In this document: positions 50,270 to 60,687 of the stretch, in pieces
Layout: every line of letters begins with the position of its first letter
Numbering within the stretch: the stretch's first letter is position 1
DNA from: Halocafeteria seosinensis
Taxonomy: Eukaryota
DNA: 62,879 nucleotides
Assembly (NCBI GenBank): GCA_001687465.1
Contig: LVLI01000152.1
Location: forward strand, 1-62,879
Direction of reading: 5' to 3'
The notes under the pieces: model-generated
What the model was told of the DNA's origin: nothing
Seen by the model: the letters and a program-made list of their open reading frames with translations, nothing else
The model's database searches: none
Position numbers and translations under genes: made by a program

Positions 50270-50700
50270 AACACACACACACACATACACACATACGTAT
50301 GTAAGAGATAGCCCACCGGCCGGGGATCCTCTTAACGAGGAGCGGTATGCACCCTCTAAGAATCCAGTCAGTGGCCACTGCTGAGTCTGAACTGTGCACG
50401 ATGCGTCGTATGTTGCACCACGTACGATGGCCGGCAAACCACATCCGCGGCTGCCGATACGATGCGCATCGGCCCATTGGTCCACATCCGGACAAGCCAA
50501 CTCCGCTTCCAATTGGGCAAGTTGCTGAACGTTGTCCCGCACAAAATGGCTCCCATTTCAACTTCTTCTCGGGCTCTCGACTTAATCGCAGGCGATTCGC
50601 AGCGAAGCCACGAGTGGTACATCCTGGGATGTCCCCCTCGTCAACACCTTCCGCCCACCGCTGGGCCACCGGAGCCACCGAGGTTCGATTGAGTGTTCAA
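50270..50700. mobile_element. (CA)n tract followed by a TGTAAGAGATAGCCCACC element end and a GC-rich putative transposon remnant
   Basis: 50300-50354 matches 62747-62811; adjacent 50360-50690 is GC-rich and coding-like on the - strand, with frameshifts. Confidence 0.55.
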
Positions 50701-50853
50701 AGTTGAAGTTATCTTATATTGCTCGTATTACTGTATAAAGTACCCAAATCTTGGTTTGTCAGCTGAATTGTTCTTTCGGTAGCTATTTGACCGTCATCCT
50801 CACCGCGTGGAGTGCTCATCCATGGCTTGTGTGTAGAGTAATCGGAGATTCCA

Positions 50854-52603
50854 ATGGCCCACCTGGCCGCTTCTAACTCGGCTTTCGAGCCATCCAATGC
50901 TGTTAAATGGTTCCACGACAACAGTCGATGGAACAAGCACTTTCATAGCATCTCCAATGATTTCCCCGACATTTCCAACCATGATGAAACAGAAACTTGG
51001 TGTAAGTACGCTCCCTGCAATGGTCCATGGCCCGGAAAAAAGTACGGCGACGTGTACGTTACATGCAGTTAAGGGCATTGTGTGGCATGCCGCTGCCATT
51101 ATTGGAGTAGGGGCTGGGCTAACGCTCGTGATCTTCATTGGCTACATGGCAGCGTGCTGCTGCTGTAAGCCGGAACCGTCCAGACAGCCGGAATCCGTGG
51201 AGCAATTGCTGGACAATCGACAAAACCAGGTGTCCCACAAGCAACCCCCACCGTACAATCGCAAGCGTCTTATCACTATAGTTGTCCTCAGCTTAGTGTA
51301 CTTGGCCATTGGCTTTAGTGTGTTCAAACCTGTGCGAGTTCTCAGTGTCAAGTATCACGACGGCCTCAAAGCCATTACCTCCACCAAGGACACCCTATCG
51401 GAAGCGAAGACTGATGCTAGCAAAGCAGAAGATCCATTGGAGGAAGCAGTGGATGCCACGGAGAAAATAGTGGATTGCGCCGATGCGGAAGATTTTTACA
51501 ACAATGTGACCTCTGCGTGGGATCATACACAAGGGGCACTGACAGGACTTAAGCAGCTTGTTCACCATCTGGACCCAGTGGTTGATCATGGAGAGGATTC
51601 GAGACATACTGGCAAGGAATTTTCCTACAATGTGGCGGGACTCTTGTGCTTTACTGTTATCGTATTGTTGTTTACCATGATTCCTTGTCGTCCGTGCTCA
51701 ATCGGGTACAAGGGGTGCAGTGTCCCACTGAACCTTCTTTTACTTCTTTTACTATGGGTACGTCTTTCTACTTCCACCGGTTGTGGTTCTGTGTCTATGC
51801 GCAACTGTTTGTGCCATATCGTACAGGTGACAACGGCAATGGTGTTTACTGTGGGGACGATGTTCTCGGACTTTTGTTACAATCCTGATGGGAATGCCAT
51901 CAAATCAATCAAAGGGGCTACTAGTAATTCCTCGTTGTCAGCAAGATCTGTCGAGTTTTATGTTCACTGTAATCCAAGTATGCATTCTGAAGATCGCTAC
52001 GGTGGTAAGTAACACTTGTACGTGCTCCAGTTTACCATCTCACGCTTAACGAACGGCATCACGTTGGGTCTTGGCAGGCATCATCTTTTTCCTCTCGGAG
52101 GCCAGCGACAGAACCTCTGATGCCCTTAACGAATTTGAGCGTGTTAACGAGACTGTTCATGAGCAATGTTCTGGAAATATAACGAATAATTTTGAAAGAG
52201 TCTATGCAGTCCTAAACGAAGCTTCAAGCCATTTGAGAACCACTGAAGACAAGCTAAGTTGTCGTGCAATCCAGGGAAATTGGCACGATTTTAGAGTAGG
52301 TCTACGTAAACACATTGTACAACTTGCACTGTAAACATTTGCACCTGGTATTGTTTGATGCAGGGAACGTTTTGCAACGATGTAATTACTAAGGGAATTG
52401 TGCCTCTGTTAGGTGTACTCACGGCTCTTTCAGTACTTCTGAGTATTATTCTCATGTTTGGCTGGACTGTCTGTGTCCAGCACCCTGGTAAACGCCGTGA
52501 ACACCAATACAACGCAGAAGTCAACGGGACTCAGATCGAAGGCACCGGTTTTTATGATAGAGGGGGCTTCAACGTTCAAGAGTCTTACCCATATCGAGGA
52601 TGA
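50854..52603 (+). CDS. Tweety-like protein, copy 10
   Basis: FEPSNAVKWFHDNSRW; AACCCCKP; FSDFC, FYVHC, LSC, GTFC and FGWTVCVQHP. Confidence 0.85.
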
Positions 52604-52872
52604 ATGATTTCATAGCGACCGACTCACGTGAGTGAAATCTGCCCGGTAAAAGCGCTAAAAATCAGAATACACACATTCATTCTTACTCCATCCGTGTACC
52701 TTTAGTTAACAGATTGCTTTGCCTTGAAGTCCGGAGTCTAGGAGTCAAGCGTGTATTATACACGGTGTATACCCTTCCCGGCGAGGGTAGACACGTCAGT
52801 CGCCACGGTATTGTTGTTGGTTGCACCTAGAATTCCTTTTCCCCGTTTTGATACCAATCGTGGGGTGACGAC

Positions 52873-54701
52873 ATGGGAATGAACATGGGGCAGGAGGATG
52901 CGGTGACGATAGAGAACTACCGTCCATCCAAGGCAGTGGAGTGGTTCAACTCCCGCTCCCGGTGGACTTTTCGATTGGGCAAGGCCCCTTCTGAATTCCC
53001 CGGGCACGATTCCCACAAGCAGGAACAATGGGGTATGTGTGCCGTTCGTCACTCTTCCTCCCACAACGACGAACATGGAGGTTATGGCTGGTCTCTGTCG
53101 TTTGAACTTGCAGTGGAAGGAGGGATTTCGTGGACTTTGGCGTTTGGGGCCCTAGGAGTTTGTCTTATGTTTTTGCTGACTGTAAGTTATTCGATGACTT
53201 TATACGCTCGGAAGTACGCGGATTTTCGAGCCGAGGAACGCGAAGGACTCGTGGGTGAGAAAGTACGCTCCTATAACAGGAGAGCCTTGATAGCCACCCT
53301 GACCTCAGGATCGATCGGGCTGATTCTCATGGGAGGTAGCATGATTTCAGTCAGGTATGTGTACGCGTTGATTCCGACCTAATTTTCAAGTCGGTGACTT
53401 AGGATGTGTGTGCTTGGCAGATTATTGAGCGTCCATTTCGTCGATGCCTTGGATGCAATGAAGAAGACAACAGATGCGTTTCACAGCGGAAGCCAGTTCT
53501 TGAACCAATCGAATGCAATTCTATGCAACGTCACAGGAATAGTAGAGGACATCCAGGCAGGTGGTAATATCAGTGAACAGTTAAATGGTCAGCTCGACGT
53601 ATTTCATTCGTTGCTCCGGAATAGTATTGACCATTCGTACAACGCCAGCGTCGGAGCAACGTTCCTCAGTGGCCGATTGAATGGAATAGTGGGTACGGCG
53701 GACGCGGCAAAGAACACATACGGAGTGAAGATGGCGTACATGTATGCCTCATTTGCCGGTGCCTTTCTGTTTGGGTATCTCCTGAGTTTGATCCCGTCGA
53801 CGGTGGCGGCCTGCTCCTTCAAAGTGCTTGTCCCTTTTAACATAGTAGGGGTAGTTGTTCGTTCGACGGCGACGGGGGCGATTTTTATGATTGCAATACT
53901 TATGGCCGATTACTGCGATAAGCCAAACACCAATGCGCTCAAGATGATCGAACGAACAACGCTAGGGGGACAAGTTGCGTACGACTCTTTCGGGTATTAT
54001 CTGCATTCTCTGTCATCATTGACAGGCCATGATGGTAAGAGTGATATAGGGTCGAGTTTACTGCTTCACCCGTGTTCTTATTGTTGTTGAAGAGAGATGC
54101 ATCATGCAGGTATCCCGTTCTATACCCAGACGGCACAGAGCGAGCTGGGCGATGCAATTGAGATGTTTCCTGAAACTGCAAAACTTGTCCGCAATAGCTC
54201 GATCCCAGCATACCTCCAACATGAGTTTCAAGGGGCTGGCAAAAAGATGAACAAGTCCTGCAAGTCTATAAAGCAGGCACGATCCGACACTACGTGGCAA
54301 GTCTTTCATGGTTCATGGGACCCGTTCGTGGTACGTCACTAGAGTTTCATTTTGGGGCCAAACAATTCCGTGCTATATCGTATTAGGACGGAATGCAGAA
54401 CAACTTGTGTGGCCCCGTGTTTTCCGAGGCGTTGTCCCCATTATTTGCATTGGAACTATGCATGGCAGTACTTGCCGTAAGTTAGATGAAGATATCTGTG
54501 GTCGAGGGGGATACTTGTAGTGGTAGACAATCGGAACTGCAGGTCTTTACATTGTCATTTGGGAGAAGTTTTTGTACGCGGCACCCGGGGACGTGCATTA
54601 ATGATATACCCTTATATCCTGGAGAGGGAGACAATGAAACAACTCACATGTGCAGGCATGCGACATCTTTAAAGAGTTTGAATTACGCTCCTGTGTATTG
54701 A
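52873..54701 (+). CDS. Tweety-like protein, copy 11 (most divergent)
   Basis: YRPSKAVEWFNSRSRWTFRLGKAPSEF closely parallels the animal TTYH N-terminus (YRPSxWVxxLHxxPRxDFxLxxVxSxF); MADYC, NNLC and FGRSFCTRHP. Confidence 0.82.
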
Positions 54702-54744
54702 GCTTCCCGGCATTTCCAACCAGCAACAAAGACACTTAAACGCA

Positions 54745-56646
54745 TCAACTGCTAATGGCCGCAGAGGAAGAGGAAGGAGATGCGGTAGTAGATCTCCACA
54801 CTTGATCTATATCTTGCTTGTGCTTTTGAGGTACTTTGCTCATGCTAGCATGTAAGACGGCGAGCACAACGCGACTCTCCGTTTTCCAAAGTTTCCTCGG
54901 AGAGCGACCTTCTGGTTCCGAGAGTGTATCGAGCTTCCTCACGTGCTCCGCCAATTTATGTATTAGGCTACGCAAGGACGGTGCCAATATCATTTCTGCG
55001 CTGTGTCGGCCGAGAAGCTCTACTCCCCGTATTGCACCAAAGAGCGGACGATACCTTAACTGTTTCTTGTATGCGCCCAAGTTATCAGATGAGTCTAAAA
55101 CATCTGCCTGCGGCAAATCTTCAAGACAATCAGTTATGACCTTCTCTAATAGCTTCTCCAGACGTGCGGACAATGAGGGCACCAGTGGACCATACTTTTT
55201 GAAAATGACTGCATAATTTCGGGCTGCGAGATCTCGCACTAACCAATGGTTGATGTCTTCACGTCGTCCCAATGAGTCGCCAAATAAGCATGTCGCAGTA
55301 GCCGGAATCAGTTGACTCAAATACGTCTCTGCTTGAAAATAAGAATTCTTCAGCAGTTGGAATGTCAGAGCCATGGCATTGAGTAGTTTCATAAGTGATC
55401 GATCTTCCTTGTACACAAGATCCTCCACCATTTGAACCAAATACTTGCCGCCACTAGGCAGCTGCTGGTCCTTCCCTAACGTAATTAGAAGGGGCTGTCT
55501 TGCTCCCTTGCGTTTCTGTAGATCGATTTCCATTGCCTTTTGTAGACCTGTAGACATCTTGGGAATATCCTCTATAGAGTGAGTAGCAATTTCAGAAATA
55601 TACGGCTGGAGACTTTCCTGTAGCTTAGAGTAACTAACAATACCATCATCGTCGGACACCACATTCCATATGGAGCGAAGGAAATAACTTTCTTCTTTCG
55701 AAACGGAGAGTCTTTGCGCGAATTCTTCGCAATCTCGGAAAATTCTCGAAAATTCAGCTCCGGAAGAAACGACATTAGCATTCTCAGTGACGTCAGAAAC
55801 ACCATTCTCTTCTACCCCTTGCTGTCCCATTCGGCTTTGTGATTCCATACTCTCGTTATATTCAATAGTAGCGTGAGCAAATGCACTTAAGGACCCGCGA
55901 TTGTCAAACGTCTCTAGTCCTTTGTGTGCATCATACGCTTTTCTGTACTGCGGATCAGCTCGTTTAAACGTATCCAACTGCCGAGCAGCGTATGACAAAA
56001 TCTGATCTTCCGTAGGGTTTTCAGGTATCATCGGCTGTACTCCGTTGATGGCCAACCAATGCATGCGCAGTGTGGGGACCTCTTTGGGATATTTCGGGCC
56101 CAGAGCGTGATGCAAGTGATGATCTTGTTTCGTCGTCGTTGAGGATGCTGTCGTCGTAGAGGAGGCCTTAGGGCCCGTATCTAGGCGTACTAATGGAGAC
56201 TGCAAATACCATGCTGTATCCTGACCACTGCCCCCATGCTCATCCGGAGGTGGTCTCTGGGATTGCGGCTTCGCGAACGAGGCCGTCGAGAGAGGGTCCG
56301 ACACTTTCCCTCCTCCTTCCACCTTCCTCCACACGGGCATACGGCTGGGAAACATCACTCCATAGGGTCTCGGTAGTCCTAAACTATCCATTGCAGCCTG
56401 AATATCCTCCGAAATCAGTCTCATTCTGCCGCTTTTCCTCATGATTAACATGGCCAAGGAGACCACTCTCTGCACGAGGTGGACCCCTTCGGAGTCCAAT
56501 GCCTCTCGGGCATCCTCTGTCCATATCATCCTGTCCTTGGGGCCGAGACTGTCGGTATTTGTCACAGGCATACGGCAGCTTTCACGGAAGGACTCCAGTC
56601 CTTCCTGTTGCCCCTGTCCATAGCTATTGTTGGTATTTTCACTCAT
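54745..56646 (-). CDS. TAF6: TFIID subunit TAF6 (intronless)
   Basis: H4-like histone fold (..AMLIMRKSGRMRLISEDIQAAM), hallmark HWLAINGVQPMIPENP, and HEAT region YLSQLIP...HWLVRDLAA...LFGAIRG. Confidence 0.92.
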   Translation of the reverse strand: MSENTNNSYGQGQQEGLESFRESCRMPVTNTDSLGPKDRMIWTEDAREALDSEGVHLVQRVVSLAMLIMRKSGRMRLISEDIQAAMDSLGLPRPYGVMFPSRMPVWRKVEGGGKVSDPLSTASFAKPQSQRPPPDEHGGSGQDTAWYLQSPLVRLDTGPKASSTTTASSTTTKQDHHLHHALGPKYPKEVPTLRMHWLAINGVQPMIPENPTEDQILSYAARQLDTFKRADPQYRKAYDAHKGLETFDNRGSLSAFAHATIEYNESMESQSRMGQQGVEENGVSDVTENANVVSSGAEFSRIFRDCEEFAQRLSVSKEESYFLRSIWNVVSDDDGIVSYSKLQESLQPYISEIATHSIEDIPKMSTGLQKAMEIDLQKRKGARQPLLITLGKDQQLPSGGKYLVQMVEDLVYKEDRSLMKLLNAMALTFQLLKNSYFQAETYLSQLIPATATCLFGDSLGRREDINHWLVRDLAARNYAVIFKKYGPLVPSLSARLEKLLEKVITDCLEDLPQADVLDSSDNLGAYKKQLRYRPLFGAIRGVELLGRHSAEMILAPSLRSLIHKLAEHVRKLDTLSEPEGRSPRKLWKTESRVVLAVLHASMSKVPQKHKQDIDQVWRSTTASPSSSSAAISS

Positions 56647-56667
56647 TTTGATACAAGGAATACTACA

Positions 56668-58362
56668 ATGACACCACAAGATATTGATATTAAAAAACTC
56701 GCTTCTATACAGGAGCAACAAGTCAATGAAAAAGGCAATGAATTGGAGGAAGTCAGAGCCCTAAAACACGGCGGAAACGCTCTATTTCGAGACCATAACG
56801 ACATCGATGGCGCCATACACGAGTATCAGAAGGCCTTGGGCAGGTTACAAGACAATAGAAGTGAAGGGGAGAACCTGAAGTGGGAAATATTAAACAATAT
56901 AGCAGCTTGTGAACTCCAGCGCCCTGAGCCTCAAAGGACCCCGGACGTGCTACGGCGTGTAGTGGCCTATACAAGGCAGATACTTCGAAAATCAGGACAA
57001 AATAAGGACGAACGCTTAATACAGAAAGCATTCTATCGCTTTTTGAAAGCTGTAAAAGCGCATGATGAACGAGAGAGGGAGGAATTGGTCCCGGAAGCGC
57101 AGCATTATGCCTCCCACATTCATGCAAATGCATTACAAACAGATCCTACAGATGGTGTCCCGCGATGTAATACTACCGTTCAGAATCTGTTCCAATCTGC
57201 GGTGAACCCACAGAAAGATGCGACAGCAAGTCCCCCGGCAACGGACGTGCCGGCTTCGTCTTCCGGGCGAAGCACGAAACGAAGCTATAGACGAAAGTCA
57301 CTTACAGACACTGTGCTACCCTCGTTTTTTCGGGGGTCCTTGTTTCGGCATGCTCCAGATGGTGTGGACGAGAATCTGTTCATACTGATGCATGGACTCG
57401 GGGACACTCCTGAGCCTTTTGTCAAATTTGGGGAAACATTAGCGCTTCCACAAACGGCAGTTCTCGCTCTCAAGGCCCCATACTCCATTCCTTTGATGGA
57501 GGGTGGGTATTCTTGGGTCCATAGTTTCGACCCGTTAACGTTTGAGCCCCTTTCTATTACTAGGGAAAACAGAGCGAGGTCGGAGTCCCTGTTCCAACTG
57601 CGGAAGTCACTGGACCAGCTCGTGGGAGTAATACAAGATGAATGGAACATACCTACAGAGAGGATACATCTGCTTGGGTTTTCTCAAGGTGGAACAGCTG
57701 CGCTCGATTATACCTTATATGCCTCTAATCAATATTCGATAGGAACATGTACCGCTGTCAACGCGGCACTCTATCCTGATCTTTTCACAGCTTATTCTGA
57801 TCACTTTACTTGTGATTCTCAGATCATATTAAGCTATGGTCAACATGATACTATTATCAGTAAAGAGCTCCAAGATGCAGTGGTATGTCTACGGTGCTTT
57901 AACATCCAATGGCTATTTCACCTTGTGATCTTTCTGCTCTGCAGTCAAGGCTGTTCCTGGAATTCTACCACAATGGCTGCCTCACACGGAAACCGGCCAT
58001 AGCGAGTTTCTCTAAGGGCCACCAAATGGTGAATTCGAAGGTATGTCATCGAAGTAGCCCGAGGCTTGCTCTCCACCATGGCATCAATTCACGGAGTGTT
58101 CCTTTCTTTGCTCTCTCTCTCTCAGGAAGAGATTCATTTCATCCTGGAACAGCTTGCTCCTAACTTAAGGCGCCGCATGGTACACCTAGAACAAAAGTGT
58201 GATGAGGATGGGTCGGAAGTTTACTCATATGATACGCACGCGTCTATTGAAGATGCTGCTAATAGAGCGGCAAACTCAAGTGATAATTGGGCGAAAGTCC
58301 ACGTGTCGGCTCAGCAAGCTCAAATCCTCGCTTCTTCGGGAACGAATGACGGCACCTTCTGA
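56668..58362 (+). CDS. TPR domain plus phospholipase/carboxylesterase (APT1-like alpha/beta hydrolase)
   Basis: TPR LKHGGNALF..AIHEYQKAL..ILNNIAAC; hydrolase LMHGLGD, GFSQGG (Ser), GQHDTII (Asp) and KGHQM (His, after splicing). Confidence 0.87.
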
Positions 58363-58419
58363 TATTCTGCTATCTGACGATCCTGATTGTGTTAGTCGCT
58401 TATCTCATCCTACGGTCCG

Positions 58420-59330
58420 TCATCCCTCTAGAAGGAGGCTCAGGAGACTCTTTGGAATGTTTGCCGACCTTCCGAAATAACTTCCGATGGCAATTCTTAG
58501 CATTCGGCAGGAATATCTTGGGATTCTAAATTTCCTCGTGTTTTCATTTAACGACGTATTTAGGATGCCAGGGAAACGCCAGTGCTTCAACTTCAGCCAT
58601 TCTCTGCGTTGGCCGTCCTTCCTTACCTCGTGCGTACGCACTAAGCTATAAATGCTCAACCAATGACCCTGAATAGACTCGACCAACTCATTCCGACACG
58701 CCCTGGTGGAAGGTGATTCGATTACTCCTACACGAAGCGTCGCACAACCGTAGATCCGTTGTTGTGCACCCCATCAGGCAACCAGCCATGGGCCTGTTTC
58801 GTCTCATGACATTGCGTGTAGAAAAAAGCGAAACCGGCAAACTCGGTAATTCACGCACGTTGCAAATCGAAGGACGCAGATGGTCTCATGGTCAAGATGA
58901 ATTGCTCGAAGCGGGGTCGCTGGTGAGGGTGTTTGTAACCGATGAGCTGCGTACACGTATTTCAAAGAAGTTGTTGGCTATATGATTTACTTTGATGAGG
59001 TGTCATGTTAGTACCGATTTACATGACCAAGCCAAGACTCGGAATAGGTTCGGAAACGAGTTGATCGAGTTTCTGCTTCTGTTACTGGTGGCCACAAAGC
59101 GCACGAAATTCGATGCCTCTGCCAGTTCCCAAGCCTCCATCATCGAGGCTAAAATCGTGAATTTGCAAAGTGGTGTCCAGAATCGTGCCCAGCTTCATTG
59201 AGACAAACTTGCTTCTTCCAACTGCGTTCGATATATAAACGATAGTAATTGCCCAGCCACCAGGGACAATGTTTCCAGGTGTACAGAGCGCTGGAGTATA
59301 TGAGCGATACTGTGAAGGACAGTGAAAAGA
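58420..59330 (-). pseudogene. Decayed coding-like sequence of unknown origin
   Basis: One frame reads MKLGTILDTTLQIHDFSLDDGG...GHQ*QKQ...QLL*NTCTQLIGYKHP...RA*ITEF with several in-frame stops and an intron-like segment. Confidence 0.35.
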
Positions 59331-59906
59331 TGATACTCAAAAGACAGGTATCAAGCGCTCAGTAGAGTTTGAGTAGAGGTAGAAATAGGTGGGTAGTACT
59401 CTATCGTAAGGTGGCAAAGAAGGCGTACAGTAGAGTTCCCGCTTGTTAGTACATCGTCTTACGTCCTCGGTTTTTATGCCAATCGAGCATCGAGAATGTG
59501 TTATGGCATCGACACTCATGTACGGTAATTTAAAACTCCGTCTCCAGTTCCATCCAAAGACTGATGTAAAGCCTAGCGACTAACTCCCCACAGTTCTAAT
59601 GTAGAACTTGTCAGTGCACGCACTATGGTAATACCGCAACGATCCGAGAAGCTGCTGGGAAACAGCAGCCCAAAACTCAATGTGGCATCAGCTGGCAGTC
59701 CACACTTCCATGATCCCTGTCCATAGATAGTAGAAAGAGCTGTGAGCACCATGCTTATGCATGCCGTTGCCTCTACTTTCTCCCTTGGCCAAGAGGGTGT
59801 GAGGATGACGTAATACACCATAACAAGTCCCCCATAGAGAGCCAATAATAGCGATAAGACCCTTTATGTCTTAGTCCACGGTAGAATAACGCTCTAGCGG
59901 TTCGTC

Positions 59907-60293
59907 CTAGTTCTGCTGCTGTCTGTACGCTTCCGGAACGCGGTACGCCTCCTTCGTTTTCGGCATATGCTTGGCCATGCACTCGTCGTAGACTTTCATT
60001 TCGTCCAGGCAGAAGGAGAGAGCCTTGGCGTTCAACAGAGGGTCGAAATGACGGCCTGTCTGCACATCCCCCGGCATGGGCTCTTCAACCTTCTCTCCCA
60101 CGTTGAACCGACGGCTATACGAGCTGAAGCACGAGAAGAATGTATCCGCCACTTGCTTGCAGGCTTTCACGCGGCGTGGGAAATGGTCCGAAACGCGCAA
60201 CTGGGAAAGCTCCTCGCGGGACATCTTGACCTCTGGAAGCGAGGAAGCGCCAGACGAAGTGTTTGGTGAATTCTGCTCAGACGAAGCCGACAT
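59907..60293 (-). CDS. Small twin-CX9C (CHCH-type) protein, candidate mitochondrial intermembrane-space protein
   Basis: C-KQVADTFFS-C and C-LDEMKVYDE-C, both exactly CX9C, in a 128-aa single-exon ORF. Confidence 0.78.
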   Translation of the reverse strand: MSASSEQNSPNTSSGASSLPEVKMSREELSQLRVSDHFPRRVKACKQVADTFFSCFSSYSRRFNVGEKVEEPMPGDVQTGRHFDPLLNAKALSFCLDEMKVYDECMAKHMPKTKEAYRVPEAYRQQQN

Positions 60294-60687
60294 GATCCTA
60301 AGTTTGCTAGGGGACGAAATAAATACGGACGGAATAAGGTTGTACTATTCAATACTTTGTGGTAAGAGTAGCGCGATTTATCAACCCATATCGTACACCC
60401 CCGACTACAAAACACACACACTCACAAGAACTCCTCGAAAAGTCGTCGACGGGTGGATGGTTCTTCACGGATGCCGGACCTAGCCCATCCAGAAATAGAG
60501 ACACGGGGTACCTACCTTCATGCATACACCTCCTATCGGCAAAGTACACTGTATACCCTGGATACGGCGCCATCCGTGAGCAGGCGCATCAGTAGTGTAT
60601 CGGCCTTGTCGGTTAGTCTTACCGCATGTTACCAAATGCAAATAAAAAAAAAGGTAATCACTCTTCTCCAGCTTTTCGTTCTCTTGT

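Noticed and set aside
21615..54701. Methyl-accepting chemotaxis or prominin identity for the repeated helical membrane proteins
   Set aside because: Heptad-like similarity is generic; the N-terminal motif, short lobes and four-Cys pattern fit Tweety, and the genes have spliceosomal introns.
56479..56721. Apparent coding overlap of the 507-aa and 658-aa ORFs
   Set aside because: Both ORF-track starts are non-ATG upstream extensions; the first ATGs (56646 and 56668) do not overlap.
58420..59330. In-frame TAA/TGA/TAG suggesting an alternative genetic code or selenocysteine
   Set aside because: Conserved genes here end in TAA and TGA and have no internal stops; mixed stop types indicate decay.
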